This document shows, in pieces, positions 1-13,654 of a stretch of DNA of 64,000 bases. The translations under genes were made by a program, and so were the position numbers. How positions within the stretch are numbered: the stretch's first letter is position 1; each line of letters opens with the position of its first letter. Source of the DNA: Antedon mediterranea (Eukaryota; Animalia; Echinodermata); assembly GCF_964355755.1 (NCBI RefSeq), contig NC_092675.1, forward strand, positions 29,236,912 to 29,300,911. The letters are read 5' to 3'. The notes below the pieces were generated by a model that ran no database searches, had not been told where the DNA came from, and was given only the letters and a program-made list of their open reading frames with translations.

Positions 1-2844
1 TCAATTAAAGATGAATGCAAAGAATTTCAAAAAAGATATATGGTTGATCCAATACTTGAAGTTTCACCGATTAAGGTAATTATATATATATATATACACT
101 GTTTACCTACTGGTATAATATTTATTTGTTTTTATTTCATTATTTATATTTTTTTATATTATTAATTTGTCAAAGCAATCCCGCCACAAGATTTTCATCT
201 TTTTCGGATTCTGCCTTCATCCATTACTTTTTTTCAATTATCTCAATCTGTCATTACTGTTTTTTTTTACTTATTTTTTTTAACATTGTAAAATTCTATG
301 TTTAAAAGCTTCAACATATTTAAAAACATCATTTCAATTACTGTAAGATACAGTAACAAACTTATATATTTCGTTATGGAATAACGTCTATTGTCAAAGA
401 ACACTATGAAATTCCCTACCAAATCACATTAACAAAAATGTCACTCTTGCAATTGTTGAATCTTCACTTTAGGTGTATATAATAATGTAGAACCAACTTG
501 ATTATCATTTAATTTTTTTTTACATTTAAATCTATTTTTCCTTAATGATTCAAATCAAACCAGGCAATATATACAAATATAGATCATATTTTTCTAGATT
601 TCAGATTACATTTTGAGATTTTTTTTTATAAACTTTTAACTAGCAGTTGTATTTGTATATACAGGCCGTTGCCAAGACGTTTGCAGTTCTGATTTTTGCA
701 CCTGCAAAAGAGCTAGGCACAGCAGTAGCAGACTTTCATAAAGAATTCTTAGGAAACCTGCCTCAACTTATTTGGATACCAGCTTTAATTTCGTGGTTTC
801 TATTTTTGATGATTGTTATACTGACGATCTTTTACTGTGGGCGTTCATCTGGTCATGTGAATGTTCATCACGTCGCTGCTGCGCCTCAAATTGCCGAACC
901 ATCGAGGCAAATGATTGAATCTGTAAGGACTAATGGCTATTTTGTAACAATTTTTAGAAAACTTTTGAAATTCAAAGTTTTAAAAAAATCATTCAATCAG
1001 AATTGTGTGATGCCTAATAATTAAAACAACCATTCCCATGCAAAATGTATTTACTAGAAGTTGCACTAATAATAGCCTGATATCAAATATCAGCCAAACG
1101 GTTAAGGCAGGGGTGCTGCTAACCGTACCTAAAGAGCCAACAATATTGACATGGGTGTGAGCCCGACTCAATCTTAGTTCTTGTGGTGGAACAAGTCTTC
1201 TCGAATAAGGACTATAAACTGTAGGTCCAGTGTACACAGTCCAGTGTACACAGTTATAACCTGTGTGCACATTAAAGAACCCAGTTCATCATTCGGCGAG
1301 TAGGGGTTACCCCGGAGAACTGATTCACAAAATAGCATCTGCATCAGGGGAATTACCACCTATCTGATAGAACAGTGATTAATTTGCTATTCTTGGCCAC
1401 ATGTGCCTAAAGACATAAGTAAATGCCTCTTTCATCATAACTTGGAGTAGAAATGTAATGATAAAAATGCTTCATAATTATATACTCTTAAAGTATTCCA
1501 CATTTAAAACATAAAATTTGTTTCTTAGATTGTACAAGAACGCTTACAATGTTATGAAGTAGAAGTTGGTTATCGGCAAGAAGTTGGTTACCGCCAAGAA
1601 GTTCCTTCCCCCAGTCTTTCCCCTGTTACGCTCCGAGCAAGAGGACAAGCTACTCTTCAAGAACTTGAAGTTGAAAATCGACGGCCATCGAGACGTTCAC
1701 AAGATTATGCTGATAGTAGTGGTTCACCTACTACTAAGAAAAATCAGAATGTTGCTTCAATTTGTCAATGTGATGAAAAAGTAAATAAGGTATTCATCAT
1801 AGATTTTTATTTAATATACACATATGTAGTTACTTGGCAAATGCTTTACAAGCATATAACTTGCTTTGTATTTTGTATAAAACTTTAAACATACCATCCA
1901 AAATAGCTATATATCAACAGAGTATGCCTTTATATATATATAGGTAATATCAAATAAGCTTATCAAAATGTTGAGTTATCAATATGGGCCGAAATATTAA
2001 TGACGCCTCTGTCACACTCTGCATTTTGTCAAGTATTTCTCTCAGTTTCCGAGCTTATTCATTAAACTGTATTATTATTAATTATAAAATCACTGTTTCA
2101 ATAACTGGTAATCTGTTCACAGGCAAATTCCTTTAATAACCAAAATATGGCACTGAGAGAAAAATCTTGAGATTCGACAGGATTTAACCAGGAACCTTAC
2201 CACCAGTATACAACTCAGCTTTGTATATATATTGATACAGTGTAAGTTGTTGAACTCTAAAATTAATTTTGTTCCTTTTGTAGGTCGTTGATGCACAATT
2301 AAAGATGTATTTAGAAAAGAAAGAAAACATCTCAACATGGTCTCCAAAGAGTGCTACTTCGGAGGATGTCTCTGACAATATAAAGAAAGAAAACAACTCA
2401 ACATGGTCTCCAAAGAGTGCTACTTCAGAGGATGTTTCCGACAATATAAAAAAAGAAAACATCTCAACATGGTCTCCAAAGAGTGCTACTTCAGAGGATG
2501 TTTCCGACAATATAAAGAAAGACAACATCTCAACATTGTCTCCAAAGAGTGCTACTTCAGAGGATGTTTCCGACAATATAAAGAAAGAAAACATCTCAAC
2601 ATGGTCTCCAAAGAGTGCTACTTCGGAGGATGTCTCCGACAATATAAAGCTCCCAATGCAAGCAGAGTTTGAAATGGATCAGGTTCCTGCCAATACCTCT
2701 ACTGCTGAAAAATCTGTTTTTGGGGAGACACAAGGAGCTGACGAATATCCTGGAGAGAAATTGTCAGATACAGAAGATAACAGTGATGATGAAGATGATT
2801 TTGTTGTTCTTCAATCGTCAAGCAATATGTCTCCCTCCAAATAA
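1..2844 (+). CDS. CLCC1: Chloride channel CLIC-like protein 1 (ER membrane), 3' part; exons 1-75, 665-922, 1529-1789, 2284-2844 (5' end outside window)
   Basis: The spliced frame reads ...KDECKEFQKRYMVDPILEVSPIK|AVAKTFAVLIFAPAKELGTAVADFHKEFLGNLPQLIWIPALISWFLFLMIVILTIFYCG. This matches, from recall, the CLCC1 segment [53 protein letters not shown] plus the last TM helix. All three introns are GT-AG and phase 0. Stop TAA at 2842-2844. Confidence 0.85.
1090..1420 (+). mobile_element. Deu-domain-like SINE in a CLCC1 intron
   Basis: Degenerate tRNA-like head followed by aaggactataaactgtaggtcc...gtgcacattaaagaaccc...gagtaggggttacccc, which resembles the DeuSINE central domain. Related copies at 38925-39072 and 41450-41675. 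Confidence 0.6.
2317..2646 (+). repeat. Coding tandem repeat, 5 x 66 bp (KKENISTWSPKSATSEDVSDNI)
   Basis: Five near-identical 22-codon units in the last CLCC1 exon. Confidence 0.95.
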
Positions 2845-5147
2845 AGACCCCTTAGCCCGGATGGTCACCTACTTCTTGCCATTATTCGCTCCCTCCAATT
2901 AAAGACTCTCTCTAATCAGAGACCACGGTTTTGATGGACCAAACTGAACATTTTCTTTAAAATAAATGAGACAAGTACTGAAGTTTTTAAAAATCAATTG
3001 GACAGGACGGACAAACCAACACATTTATAAACTGGTTACATAAACAGGCACAGAATAATATATATATATATTGAAATTCTGATATTTAAATAAGGTAATT
3101 TTAAAACTAGTGTCAGTCTTTAGTTGGGAATCCAAAGCTACTAAAGACCACTAAAATCTGGGTTCCAAAAGTGGTCTTTTAAATGGAGGGATATCAGCAT
3201 CTGGTGTCACTGCAACCATTTGATTACTTAGATTTGATGTCATTGCCATTTATTAAAAATAATAATTGCATATGAAAATGTCTTTAGGTTTTATATACTG
3301 TGCCCCATCTAGAGCTTACGATTTCGGACCAAAACATTTCGGGTTTTTTTTGTGCTAAAAAATATTAAAACCCAGTAAAATCATGGCAGTATCAACCAAG
3401 CTAAGTTTTCATTTTTTTCAATACTGTAACAGTATTCATGGCTTACACTATAAATATAAAGTGTTCTATATTTAAACAGCTTTAGCTATGGTAATATTAT
3501 TTTTTATATTAAAATGATGTCTATAATGTTAAATACTAAGTTTCTTCTCTTTGGTAGTAGAGCACAATTTTATAAGCATTGAAATCACCTAATTTATTAT
3601 GAATAACTTTATTACTACATAAACAATTTTAAAATTCTTCTTTGGAAGAAAATAATTTTTTTTAAACTCTATAACGATAATTAAATTGTTAGAACCATAC
3701 TCTTTTAATTTCTGTAAAAAAAAAACCGGTAAATTATTAGCATATTCAATTCAATTCAATCTTTTATTTCGGAAACTCTGGTCCATAGAAAGTAAATTAC
3801 ATATAAATGAAATAAATAAAATAAACAAAATTACTACTACTCATCTCAGGATGGCATTCCATCTGGAGAGCATCTTCGACTTAACTAAGACATTGCTTAT
3901 AAGACATATATGACTACGATATTGAATATGATCACAATGTGATGAGAAATATTCAACACTTTAAAAGTAGTTTTTATACAGTTTTTGTTATTTAATTGTA
4001 ATTTATATAGGCCCTACAATTTCAATTAAAGTTATACCATTCTAGTAGTATAAATGTATTTAGATGTGTATTTGTATTTTATTCAGTGTTAATAGTTTAT
4101 TTATTTATTTATTCATAGGAATCACCTTTATATCGGTGGCACACATTATCAGTTAATGGTGCATCCATTTTACAGACAAAATACAAAGAAACATCAAGGT
4201 ACAAAGTTCTAAATACTAACACATAACATCAGAACAAAACTAATTAATTGATTAGATCTGTATGAAAATAATAGTTATAAAGGATTACGTTTGCTATTCC
4301 GAACCAATTTACACAAGAGGCATACTGTTCACTCTGTTTAAAAACCTCATCAACAAGAATATATTTTTAAGAATAATTTCTTTACATTTCTAAAATATTG
4401 TTACATTTCTACAACAACAGTTTTGGACAACAGATGCATGAAATGACATACTAGAGACTAAAAACTCATTAGTACATCATCGAAAAACTCTTTATGTTGT
4501 TTCTGCTCGTGTATCATTACCTTTAAGTATGTGCATGTTACATAATAATTGTATGCATTTACACCATACCATACAGCCACTGTTGCGTATGTATTTATCT
4601 AACTAAAAGCTTTTGGACGTTTTTCTAAATGATTTTTGGACGTAAACATTACCATTAGCTAACTTTATTTAACTAAAACCACCGTTACACTTCTGGTTAA
4701 TTTCACAAGTCGCTATTGTGTTGTAATGATGTGTTGAATCATGGAAAAATAAGTTTATTTCTCCATGGTTGAATTTATACTTTAAACGCTTTTCGGATGT
4801 AAAGTAGGAAAAAGGTTTTATAAACAAATGTCACAAAAGCATGTAATTTAGAATCAATGAATATTCATGAATAAAATGCACATAATATATAATTAATGTA
4901 ACAGACCTCTTATCTAACATAAACACTACAAAACAAGTAATTTAACAAAAAGAAATTTTAAAAAAAGCTAAAATATTTTCAATCTGAGCCATTTAAGCCA
5001 GTTAAGCTTGGTTCCCACTTGACGATGACGTAAGCGCGCCGCAAGTTGGTTGACCAATCACGAACGAAGCGTTCCGTCTAGTTTACACATAACTTATTAC
5101 AAATACAGTAATATGCAATTATTTTAATTTATTGTAATTGTTTCGAG

Positions 5148-5384
5148 TGTGGAGTAGCTTTGTGTCAGGGTGTTTAGTATTTGGTCAGATGTTTTACCCT
5201 GCTCTGATTTTATTTGTACTTTGAGAATACTCGGGTGGGACTGTAACCCACGACTTCCCGATCACTTGCCTGGCATTCATACCTCTAGACCACCAAGCTT
5301 GCGCTGATGGCTAGGGTTAAATTCGAGCGAGTGCTGCACCAGCATTCGATGTAATTGTTTGTAACTCCTTTGTGGAGTAGCTTT
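5148..5384 (-). mobile_element. tRNA-derived repeat (SINE-like), same family as 28391-28655
   Basis: The reverse complement has an A box (tggtctagagg) and a degenerate B box, and aligns with 28391-28655. Bounded by the direct repeat tgtggagtagcttt. Confidence 0.6.
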
Positions 5385-6166
5385 AGGTAGGCCTATACAA
5401 TGCATTTGTTCGACAAAAACACTGGGGCTTCTAAAGAGTCCATGAAGCTGGCTCACAAGCCAGCAGTCCTAGCTTACAAATTATTGTAACATTATATACA
5501 ATTAGTCAAATTTCACAAACGAATAAAAAAATGATGTTGAAAATAAAAACAAATACTACATAAAAATTGAATTTAAAAGCATATGTATAGGCCTATTATT
5601 CTTATTTTTGGTTAAATGGATGATGTACAACGAATGAGATTTATTCAGTAATGTACAGCAAGCCTATATGGAAAATGGTGACGAAAAAAAAATTACATGT
5701 TTGTTCTTATTTAGACGTTGGGAATTTACCGTAACTATGGTATGTGTGAAAATACATTGCGTAAAGCACATAGCACAGACAGTATAAAGTAAATAATGTC
5801 ACCTTGTGAATCTAATAATGTACAGTACTTAGACATAACATTATAAATAAGTCAATTATAATAATGATATTTATTAATATCATGGGTCTCTGTAATACCA
5901 TAAAGCAAATATTATGATAATACGTATTCATATTTTAAAGTTTTAAACGACAATTTGATAACCTAATGATTGTATCGGTACATGCATGATTAAGCCATAA
6001 TTGCAAGTGACTTGAGAGTACAATATATGCGTCATGCCCCATAACCATTCAAAGCATTTTGTAAACAGGTAAACCTAGCCCTAACTAACAAATTCTGGAT
6101 ATAGAGAAAAATAAAACGAGAGACATTGATTTTTGTAAATACAAACTTAAAATGTGAGAGAAAGTT

Positions 6167-6374
6167 AAGCGTGGTTCCCACTAGCGACGCAACGTAACGC
6201 AGCCTACGCAACGTAAGAAAATGCCCTTTCAATAATTGTGTTTGCCCCCATCAGCGTGAAATCAAACCTGCGTTTTTTTTCAGCACGTTGCGTCGTCGGT
6301 TCCCACTTGTGATTACGCAATACATCACTTTGCGTCAATACATCGCTGCGTTGCGTTCTAGTGGGAACCACGCT
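6167..6374. mobile_element. PIF/Harbinger-type MITE, family 1 (TIR AGCGTGGTTCCCACTAG)
   Basis: Perfect TIRs flanked by TTA/TAA. Partial copies nearby at ~5005, ~6537 and ~6895-7140. Confidence 0.8.
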
Positions 6375-8923
6375 TAAATGTCCAGTTAGGTCTTTCAATT
6401 TCTTTTCGTTAATTTTTCCCACTCTTGTAGGTCATTTAATCTCATTCCTTTTCTTTGTAGATCAAATATTAAATTACCAAAATGTCGGTTTGAAATCAAA
6501 GCTGAACATTGAATAAAGATAACGATAACTTTTTAAAGCTTGGTTCCCACTAACGACGCAATCTACGAAACGTAAGCAAATGCCCTTCTAATAATTGTGT
6601 TACCCCCCGCCTGCGTGAAATCAAAATGTCGATGTATGCAGCACAATTGTGTCGTCGGTTCCCATTTTGCCTCGCTACGTCGCTTCGTTTCTAATGAAAT
6701 TAGAGACGTCGATTATTATCAGTAAAATATAGCAAAATATTGTTTTTTTGCGCTTAATTCATGTCTATTACTATAAGAAATATATAAATGCATAACATAT
6801 GAACTCTAACTCTGGTCTATCTTGTTTCCGTGCGGCTTATCTTTAGCTAACATTGCAAACGATGCTGTTAGAAAGTTGTTATTGGTGGTCAAGCAACGAA
6901 CGCAACGCAAAGACGTAAGCGTGCCATTTTTCTAATCACGATCATCTAACCTTTCGCCCTGATGGGTCAAATTATTTTGGTTGCGTCCAAACTTAAAGCT
7001 TGGTTCCCACTAGGAACGCAACGCAAGGACGTCACACGGCGTAAGTGATTTGACCAATCACAAGCGATGGATTATTCGATCAGTCGCTTGTCATTGGTTA
7101 ACTCGCTTGCGTTGCGTCTACGTCCTTGCGTTTCTCTTGCGCCAAATATCACTATTTACAGCAACTTTAAACAGGAAAAAAGTTTGATTATTATAGGCCT
7201 AAACCAATCTATGTTATATGGTCTCTGGAAAATTAAGTCTAGTAGTACGATTAAAACAATATAGACCCAGAATAAAGACCCAGGTCAACTCAAAACACGA
7301 ATGCGTGTTTTTGAAATTTCTGTTCATCAAAAGAACCGCCCCTTATAGGTCAGCAAAAATAAGATCAACGTTAACGTTAAGCCTAATTAAGTTATGTTTG
7401 TTTGTGTCAGCAAAACTGATGCAGTACATCAGGCATGGTTAAAATACAAGAAAAAAATGTATTCTGAAGGTTGCCATATTGATGACAGACGATATAAGGC
7501 AATTGCAAGGAACAACTTAGTCTGAGTTCCAGACGGAGTTTTGCCTTAATATTAGTAAAAAGATAAATATTTTAGCACATATGGCGTTTCATACGTATAC
7601 TACAGTACTTGAGCTTGAAACTCTTTATTTCAGACAAACATCGAAAAGCCTCGAAATAACTAGACTTGGGGCAAGTCTAGGAACAACTAGACATGTAGGT
7701 CTACCAAAACCAACTAGATATATTTCGAATATTAAGTTGTACTTTCATAATGCGAGTTCTGTTATTTTTGGTTTATAGTAAACGTATTTTTAGCATTGGG
7801 TCCATGTAAATCACAGTAGTATTGTGACTTGAACGGTGATGTCCTATCTATATCGATATGCTACAGGGCAAATATTAGTTAAATGCAAAGTGTCAAAATA
7901 GAATAGATTTACAGTATTCATTTTTATTGTATTTTGGATATTTTATTTATTTATTTATTTCAAAAACATATATATACTGGATAAAAACATAGGTATAGAT
8001 GTATCACCTGTTTTACATGGTCCTGTTTTATAGAAAATAAAAGGTTAAAACATACATACAGAATTCTTTAAAATTTTTAAAACAGTAAAACAACAAACTT
8101 AAGTCAAAATATTATATTATTATTATTATAAAAGGAGTGAAAATACAAAAAGACAAGTAAATATAAATAAAACAAATTTTTAAGAGACCTAACCACAGAT
8201 AGTGACTAAAACAGAGACAATAAAATAGTTTAAAAATACAATTTATAAAATGATTCCCATATTACGTGCAAACATACAAACAATGATATTTCCAGAAATG
8301 GATGAAATTTAATTTTAATAGGCCTATTAAATCTAGAATGAATGAACATATTAACTCAGTGCTTCTAAACATAAGTTACTAACTGCACATGATACACCAT
8401 GGGCTCTTGGCTCTCGACGATCACTGTGTAGGCCCCTATGTGTGTGATTTCAAATACATTTTAAAAGGTAGGCACATTTCTACGATCTTCTTTAAACATG
8501 CTTTAACAGTATTAGCGTTTGGATTTCGTTTGATCTCTATTTCGGAAATTCTACATCCATATAGTATAGCCTAGAAATAGTGCGAGAAAAAAAATATATA
8601 TAAATCGTTTTCTGTACCAGATAAACCAGCAACAAAGTGCAAACGGTCAATCAATTATAATATTTACCTATTCGTATAAAAATATGTAATATTGGAATAC
8701 CATCATTTGACACTTAAATAAACAAGGTCTTGTTAATAATGATGTATTCATCTATAAAGTCAAACTTTAAAATAGAAAGTGTAAAATAGCACATTATTGG
8801 AATTTAGTAATGTTGATCGATAAAGAATTTATGACCCGTTTAACGGTACCGCATCATCGATTGCAAATTAAGTAACAAATTTGTTATCGAACTGATTGGC
8901 CGGATCACATGAAGCATATCATA

Positions 8924-8939
8924 CAGTACCTTTATATAG
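8924..8939 (+). promoter_or_regulatory. TATA-box core promoter of ShK-1
   Basis: cagtacctttatatag starts 114 nt upstream of ATG 9038. The near-identical cagcacctttatataa starts 112 nt upstream of the ShK-2 ATG. A reverse CCAAT (attgg) lies at ~8895. Confidence 0.6.
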
Positions 8940-9037
8940 AGCATCTATTTCTAATTTGGTCACAATATCTGAAACATTTAGCAAGAACCAAGCTTCACTG
9001 TCTTAAGAAGAAACTCACCACTTCCTCAAAATCAACA

Positions 9038-10400
9038 ATGGCCAAGCTACTGTACGTCGTACTCATCGGAATGCTCGCTCTTAGCGTAATCCTCCCGGTA
9101 AGTGTCCTTTCTTTTTTTAAAACTTGCATTAATACTTTCATTTCGCCACAGATTGTAAAAATAAACTACAAAATGTATTGGGAATTTTAGATGTTTCTGG
9201 TAAAACTGTAATGCAACGGAACTAAACCAATTTGTCGGTCACACTCACTTTTTCTACTTACTGTAATTTTCTTAGTATAATAACTTTGGCCTACCAGTTG
9301 TTTCTTCGTAATCCTGCAAACATTCTGTCTCTGTCTCACACTCTTAAGTTTGGTCTCATTACTGTAATGTCTAAACTAGACTTTTATCAGTCGTTTTGGG
9401 GTACTTCTGAAACACAAATTATAGAAACGCTAAATTATTATGTCTGTCACACACTTTTAAAGTCTAAACTTGTCTAGACTCTTACCAGTCGTTTGGGAGA
9501 CTATACAAACTATACAATACAAATAACTAACTATTCTGTCTGTCGCACAAGTTTTATTCACCTTTCTACTTTACTGTAATGATGTCTAAAGTTTACCATA
9601 TACTTTTACCAGTCATTTCTCGGTGATCTTGAATTGCAAAGAAACAGTGTGTATAATTTGAATTATTGTGATACGTTTAAATCAAAGCGTGGAGGAATAA
9701 AATGAATTATTTATTTTTGTAAATTATTATTATATTTATTTATTACAGGCAGAACAAATGACCGCAGAAGCAACTTCAACAGGTACATTTTCTTTACAAA
9801 AATATCTCTAGATCTACCACTTCTCCATAATGTTCCTGAACCTTAAATACTGTATCTAGCTTCTCCCAACGTATATCTTATCCTGTACAATCATGATATA
9901 CCAGCTGTTATGTGTATTACTGATCAAAAGTTCAATTCCCAAAGACTTGGTTTGCATAAGTAGACCATTATTCTGTATATGCAATTGTCTCGTAGACAAA
10001 AGGACTGCCACACCTTTTGGGATATGTAATTTAATCAGCTTATGGTTAACCAATTTTGCCAAATGTTGCCTAAAATATATAAACATCAAGGCACAGAATA
10101 AATTCTAAACCGCCGTGACTGATTTTACAATACGCCGTTTAAAATATTTTTATTTTTTCTTTTTCGTGGGTGTAGCCCACTTTTATTCATTGTACCGATT
10201 TATATAAATATATAAAAACAATACATCTTTAAAACCAATATCATATCATGAGATTATTATAAGTATTTCTTGTTGTCTTAGATTGTGTTGACAACGCATC
10301 TGAAAATTACTGTAAATCAATTCTTTCGAATGGTTTGTGCGAGACCACTGTCTTTTCTACCGGCGCTGACAAATGTCCAAAATCGTGTGGCAAATGTTAA
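9038..10400 (+). CDS. ShK-1: secreted single-ShKT-domain peptide, 70 aa; exons 9038-9097, 9749-9782, 10282-10400
   Basis: MAKLLYVVLIGMLALSVILP|AEQMTAEATST|DCVDNASENYCKSILSNGLCETTVFSTGADKCPKSCGKC*. Hydrophobic signal peptide, six Cys in the ShKT pattern (CxD...C...C...CxxxCxxC), GT-AG introns of phase 0 and 1. Further donor at 10413, acceptor ending 11104, AATAAA at ~11240. Confidence 0.88.
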
Positions 10401-10557
10401 CAGCTTTTAAAAGTAAGTACAAATTTAATATCGACACGATTACATATTCACGGTACCCCATAGAATGGCGTAGCCATGTTTTCTGAACGAACGTGCAGTT
10501 CATACATAGGTTTGAAATTGTAACGAAGATAATAAATTAATACCGTCCACATCATTA

Positions 10558-10912
10558 AGCTTCGCCTGGAGATACAACGCAAGCGAGTGGACCAGTCACA
10601 AGCAACTGTTCGTTCGAACAGTCCATCACTTGTGATTGGTCGAATTACTTGCGTTGCGCCTACGTCCTTGCGTTGCGCCTACGTCCTTGCGTTGCGTCCA
10701 AGTTAAAAACATCTGAGCTTCATGATTCTCACTAGAGACGCAACACAACGACGTAACGCAACGTAAATGACCAATCACAAGTGATGGATTGTTCGAACAA
10801 CGAATAGCTAGTTGGATACATTATAGTATACTTCGCCTCCTGTGATTTATTAAATATCGTACTTGTTTCGGGTCCAATTGCATGCGTTGCGTCCTAGATG
10901 GAACTAATGCTT
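10558..10912. mobile_element. Two degenerate family-1 Harbinger-type MITEs in the 3'UTR intron of ShK-1
   Basis: Shares internal motifs (ccaatcacaag, ttgcgttgcgcctacgtcc) and decayed TIRs with the intact copies. Confidence 0.6.
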
Positions 10913-11570
10913 ATTCCTAATTCAGATACTTTTGTTTTACATAATTATGTTTCAAAGGCATATTGAGTATGTACACTGTTAGATACCTTTAAAGTCTGAG
11001 CTTACATGCCAATATACTGATTATAGAACTAGTGCCGTTTTAATGCCTATACTCTATCTGTTTCTTTATTATTGGAATAAAAATTATTTTTCCCTTTTAT
11101 ACAGGCTTTTGCGTCTTTCATCGAACCACAACATCGTATCAAAACACGATCAGTATGAACAACAAGTAACAACCGACGGCAGCAAATGCGTCGTATCAGT
11201 CGACAAGCTTTTAGATCTCCGTGTGATGCCTTAGAATAGAATAAATCAATTTTACCGTAGTACAGATATTGTGTAGTTAATTTATTTTCTACATCTTCTT
11301 CTGATCTTGATTCAGTTTATATTTTCTAAAGGAAATTGTAGACAAATGATCATGATTCAGTTTAGCATATTATTTGCATGAGTCGCAGCGGTAATGAATA
11401 AAAACTTTTTTGCGCTTAAAAAAATGTTTCTTTTGTTTTGTACGACTCAGCACCCGATTCTCGTACGGTATCATGTCTATGGACAATAAACAGCACCTGC
11501 AGTTTCTTATCTGTTGACTATAACATAAATTACTAGTCTCCTGACAGTTTTTCTGCAAGTTAGCTGTTTT

Positions 11571-12286
11571 AATAATAATAATAATAATAAGATTTTTATA
11601 GCGCACATACCACTCCAGAGTGCTCAAGGCGCATTTAAAAATAAAAAAGAAATAAATCATACAAATTCCTGAAAAATAAAATGCAATTTCTTTGGAGGGT
11701 CCCCATCCGTTGTTGTTCTGTCGCGGTCCCGGACCCCTACCGAGGTGACCAAACAAAGGAGCAGGATACACATTTGCCTTGCCACAGACGACCGGGTGCT
11801 CAGAGACAACAACCAAGACAGAGGCACCCCAAAGATAATGCTGGCCAGGAAAAGGTATACAAAACAATTCTAAGTCTAAAAAACTTTAAGAAACCTCATG
11901 ATTTCCATATGCCTTAATGAATAAATGTGTTTTTAATAATTTTTTAAAAGTATCAACAGTTTTGCAAAATCTTATAGAGCTCGGTAGAGCATTCCACAGA
12001 CGAGGAGCAGTAACGGAGAATGCTCTGTCACCCCATGAGTGGTGAGACTTAGGCTGATGTAGAAGCAGCGAGTCACTAGAACGCAGATTACGTCCGGGAA
12101 CATACAGCCTAAGCATGTCAGAAATATACTCAGGAGCCATGCCATTTATAGACTTAAAAACAAAGAGTAATATTTTAAAAACAATGCGGTACCTAACAGG
12201 GAGCCAATGCAATATTTCCAAAGTATTTGATGTGTCCATATCTTGGTAATTTTTTAACAACTCGTGCCGCTGTATTTTGAATCAGT
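11571..12286 (-). mobile_element. 5'-truncated L2/CR1-group LINE: C-terminus of the RT ORF, 3'UTR and (ATT)n tail
   Basis: LIQNTAARVVKKLPRYGHI, then a frameshift, then LHWLPVRYRIVFKILLFVFKS...RNLRSS...GDRAFSVTAPRLWNALP...FKKLLKTHLF. This is the typical C-terminus of L2-clade ORF2. The element ends in gcgccttgag...gcgctataaaaatct(tat)n. Confidence 0.85.
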
Positions 12287-12494
12287 TAGGTAGGTCTGTT
12301 GTGGACGCAATGTTCACGAATACTGTATCGCTTTTGGTGACGCATGCGCAAAGGCAAATGTCGTATCACTGGTCATTCAATGTTAAATTTACGCCGAAAT
12401 TGTGTTTCTTTATCCTCATTTAAAAATGTAATTTTTCGGGTGTGACGTCACTTACAACAATGGCATCTAAATTAATAATTATTAGGATAAACAA

Positions 12495-12744
12495 TACAAG
12501 GTAAGTAGTGAAGATCCAAGAAGAGCATGAAAGGTACTAAGCTACTAAAAGCTACTAAACCTCAACCTACTACAGTACAAGGTAAATAGTAGTGAAGATC
12601 CAAGAAGAGCATGAAAGGTACTAAGCTACTAAAAGCTACTAAACCTCAACCTACTACAATACAAGGTAAATAGTAGTGAAGATCCAAGAAGAGCATGAAA
12701 GTTACTAAGCTACTAAAAGCTACTAAACTTCAACCTACTACAGT
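12495..12744 (+). repeat. Tandem repeat, 3 x ~81-84 bp
   Basis: Units start at 12495, 12576 and 12660 (tacaaggtaa...gaagatccaagaagagcatgaaag...cctactaca). Confidence 0.9.
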
Positions 12745-13654
12745 ATCTTACACAAACTGTATTACACAAACACACTATTTAAAAAATTGCCTAATTAAAA
12801 CTAAATTTTATTTATTTTTTTATTTTTATCTATTATATTGAATACAGTATTACCATGGAGCTTTATAGCTCCATGGAAATACAGTATACGTGAAGCTGTA
12901 ACATTAAATAGTTTATTATTATAAGTATATAGTTATCTGTGTCAATTGAAGTTCTCAACGTTAATTTTGTTTCAGTAAAAAATGTGTTCTAGAACGCAAG
13001 TTCATCCTCATCAACTTTTTCCGCTTACTACTTAATTATAAAATTGAAAAACCTACCACGTGCATTTGCTTCGTAGGTCCTACTGACTGACCATATTTAT
13101 TGTTGAAAAGCATTATCGGACCGAACGTTAAATTGACCAAAATTATAGCATATTAGTTGTTTCTGGAATTCTTCCTTTTTTTTACAGCAAAAACTAAATA
13201 TATATATGAAGGACTCGTTTAATATAATAGACATGGCAAGATTTAATGAAATATGCGTTTGTTTTCCCGAGAGAAAAATGAAAATAAAATCACATCTTAA
13301 CGCCATCTTTGTATTATTTAGAGACATCTCGATTTAAATGTTTAGAAATAATGACGTGCTAATAATATTATTTAAAGGTATGCCATCCGCTTAAAATAGA
13401 TCAACTCAGCTCCCTAAAACACCCCTTATTTTTTTACACATTTTACAAAAAAAGGTGTGGTATAGTATTCACGCATCACGATGAGAATAATGTAAAAGTA
13501 ATTCTATGACACATTTTAAAAGCAGCTTATACAATCTAAAAGCCAAATGTTCACTGAGCTATTAAGTTGTGGTTTATTTGTTATGGAAACTACATTTAAA
13601 CTACAAAGATGAGAAGTATCATTTATGATATTGAGTATAATGCTCTATAGGAAT

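Noticed and set aside
2117-2902. Overlapping ORFs in other frames and on the minus strand of the CLCC1 last exon
   Set aside because: Shadows of the 66-bp coding repeat; only the frame ending at 2844 joins the upstream exons.
7411-7525. Possible orphan exon after tttgtgtcag (KTDAVHQAWLKYKKKMYSEGCHIDDRRYKAIARNNLV*)
   Set aside because: No recognisable motif, no ShKT cysteines and no partner exons found.
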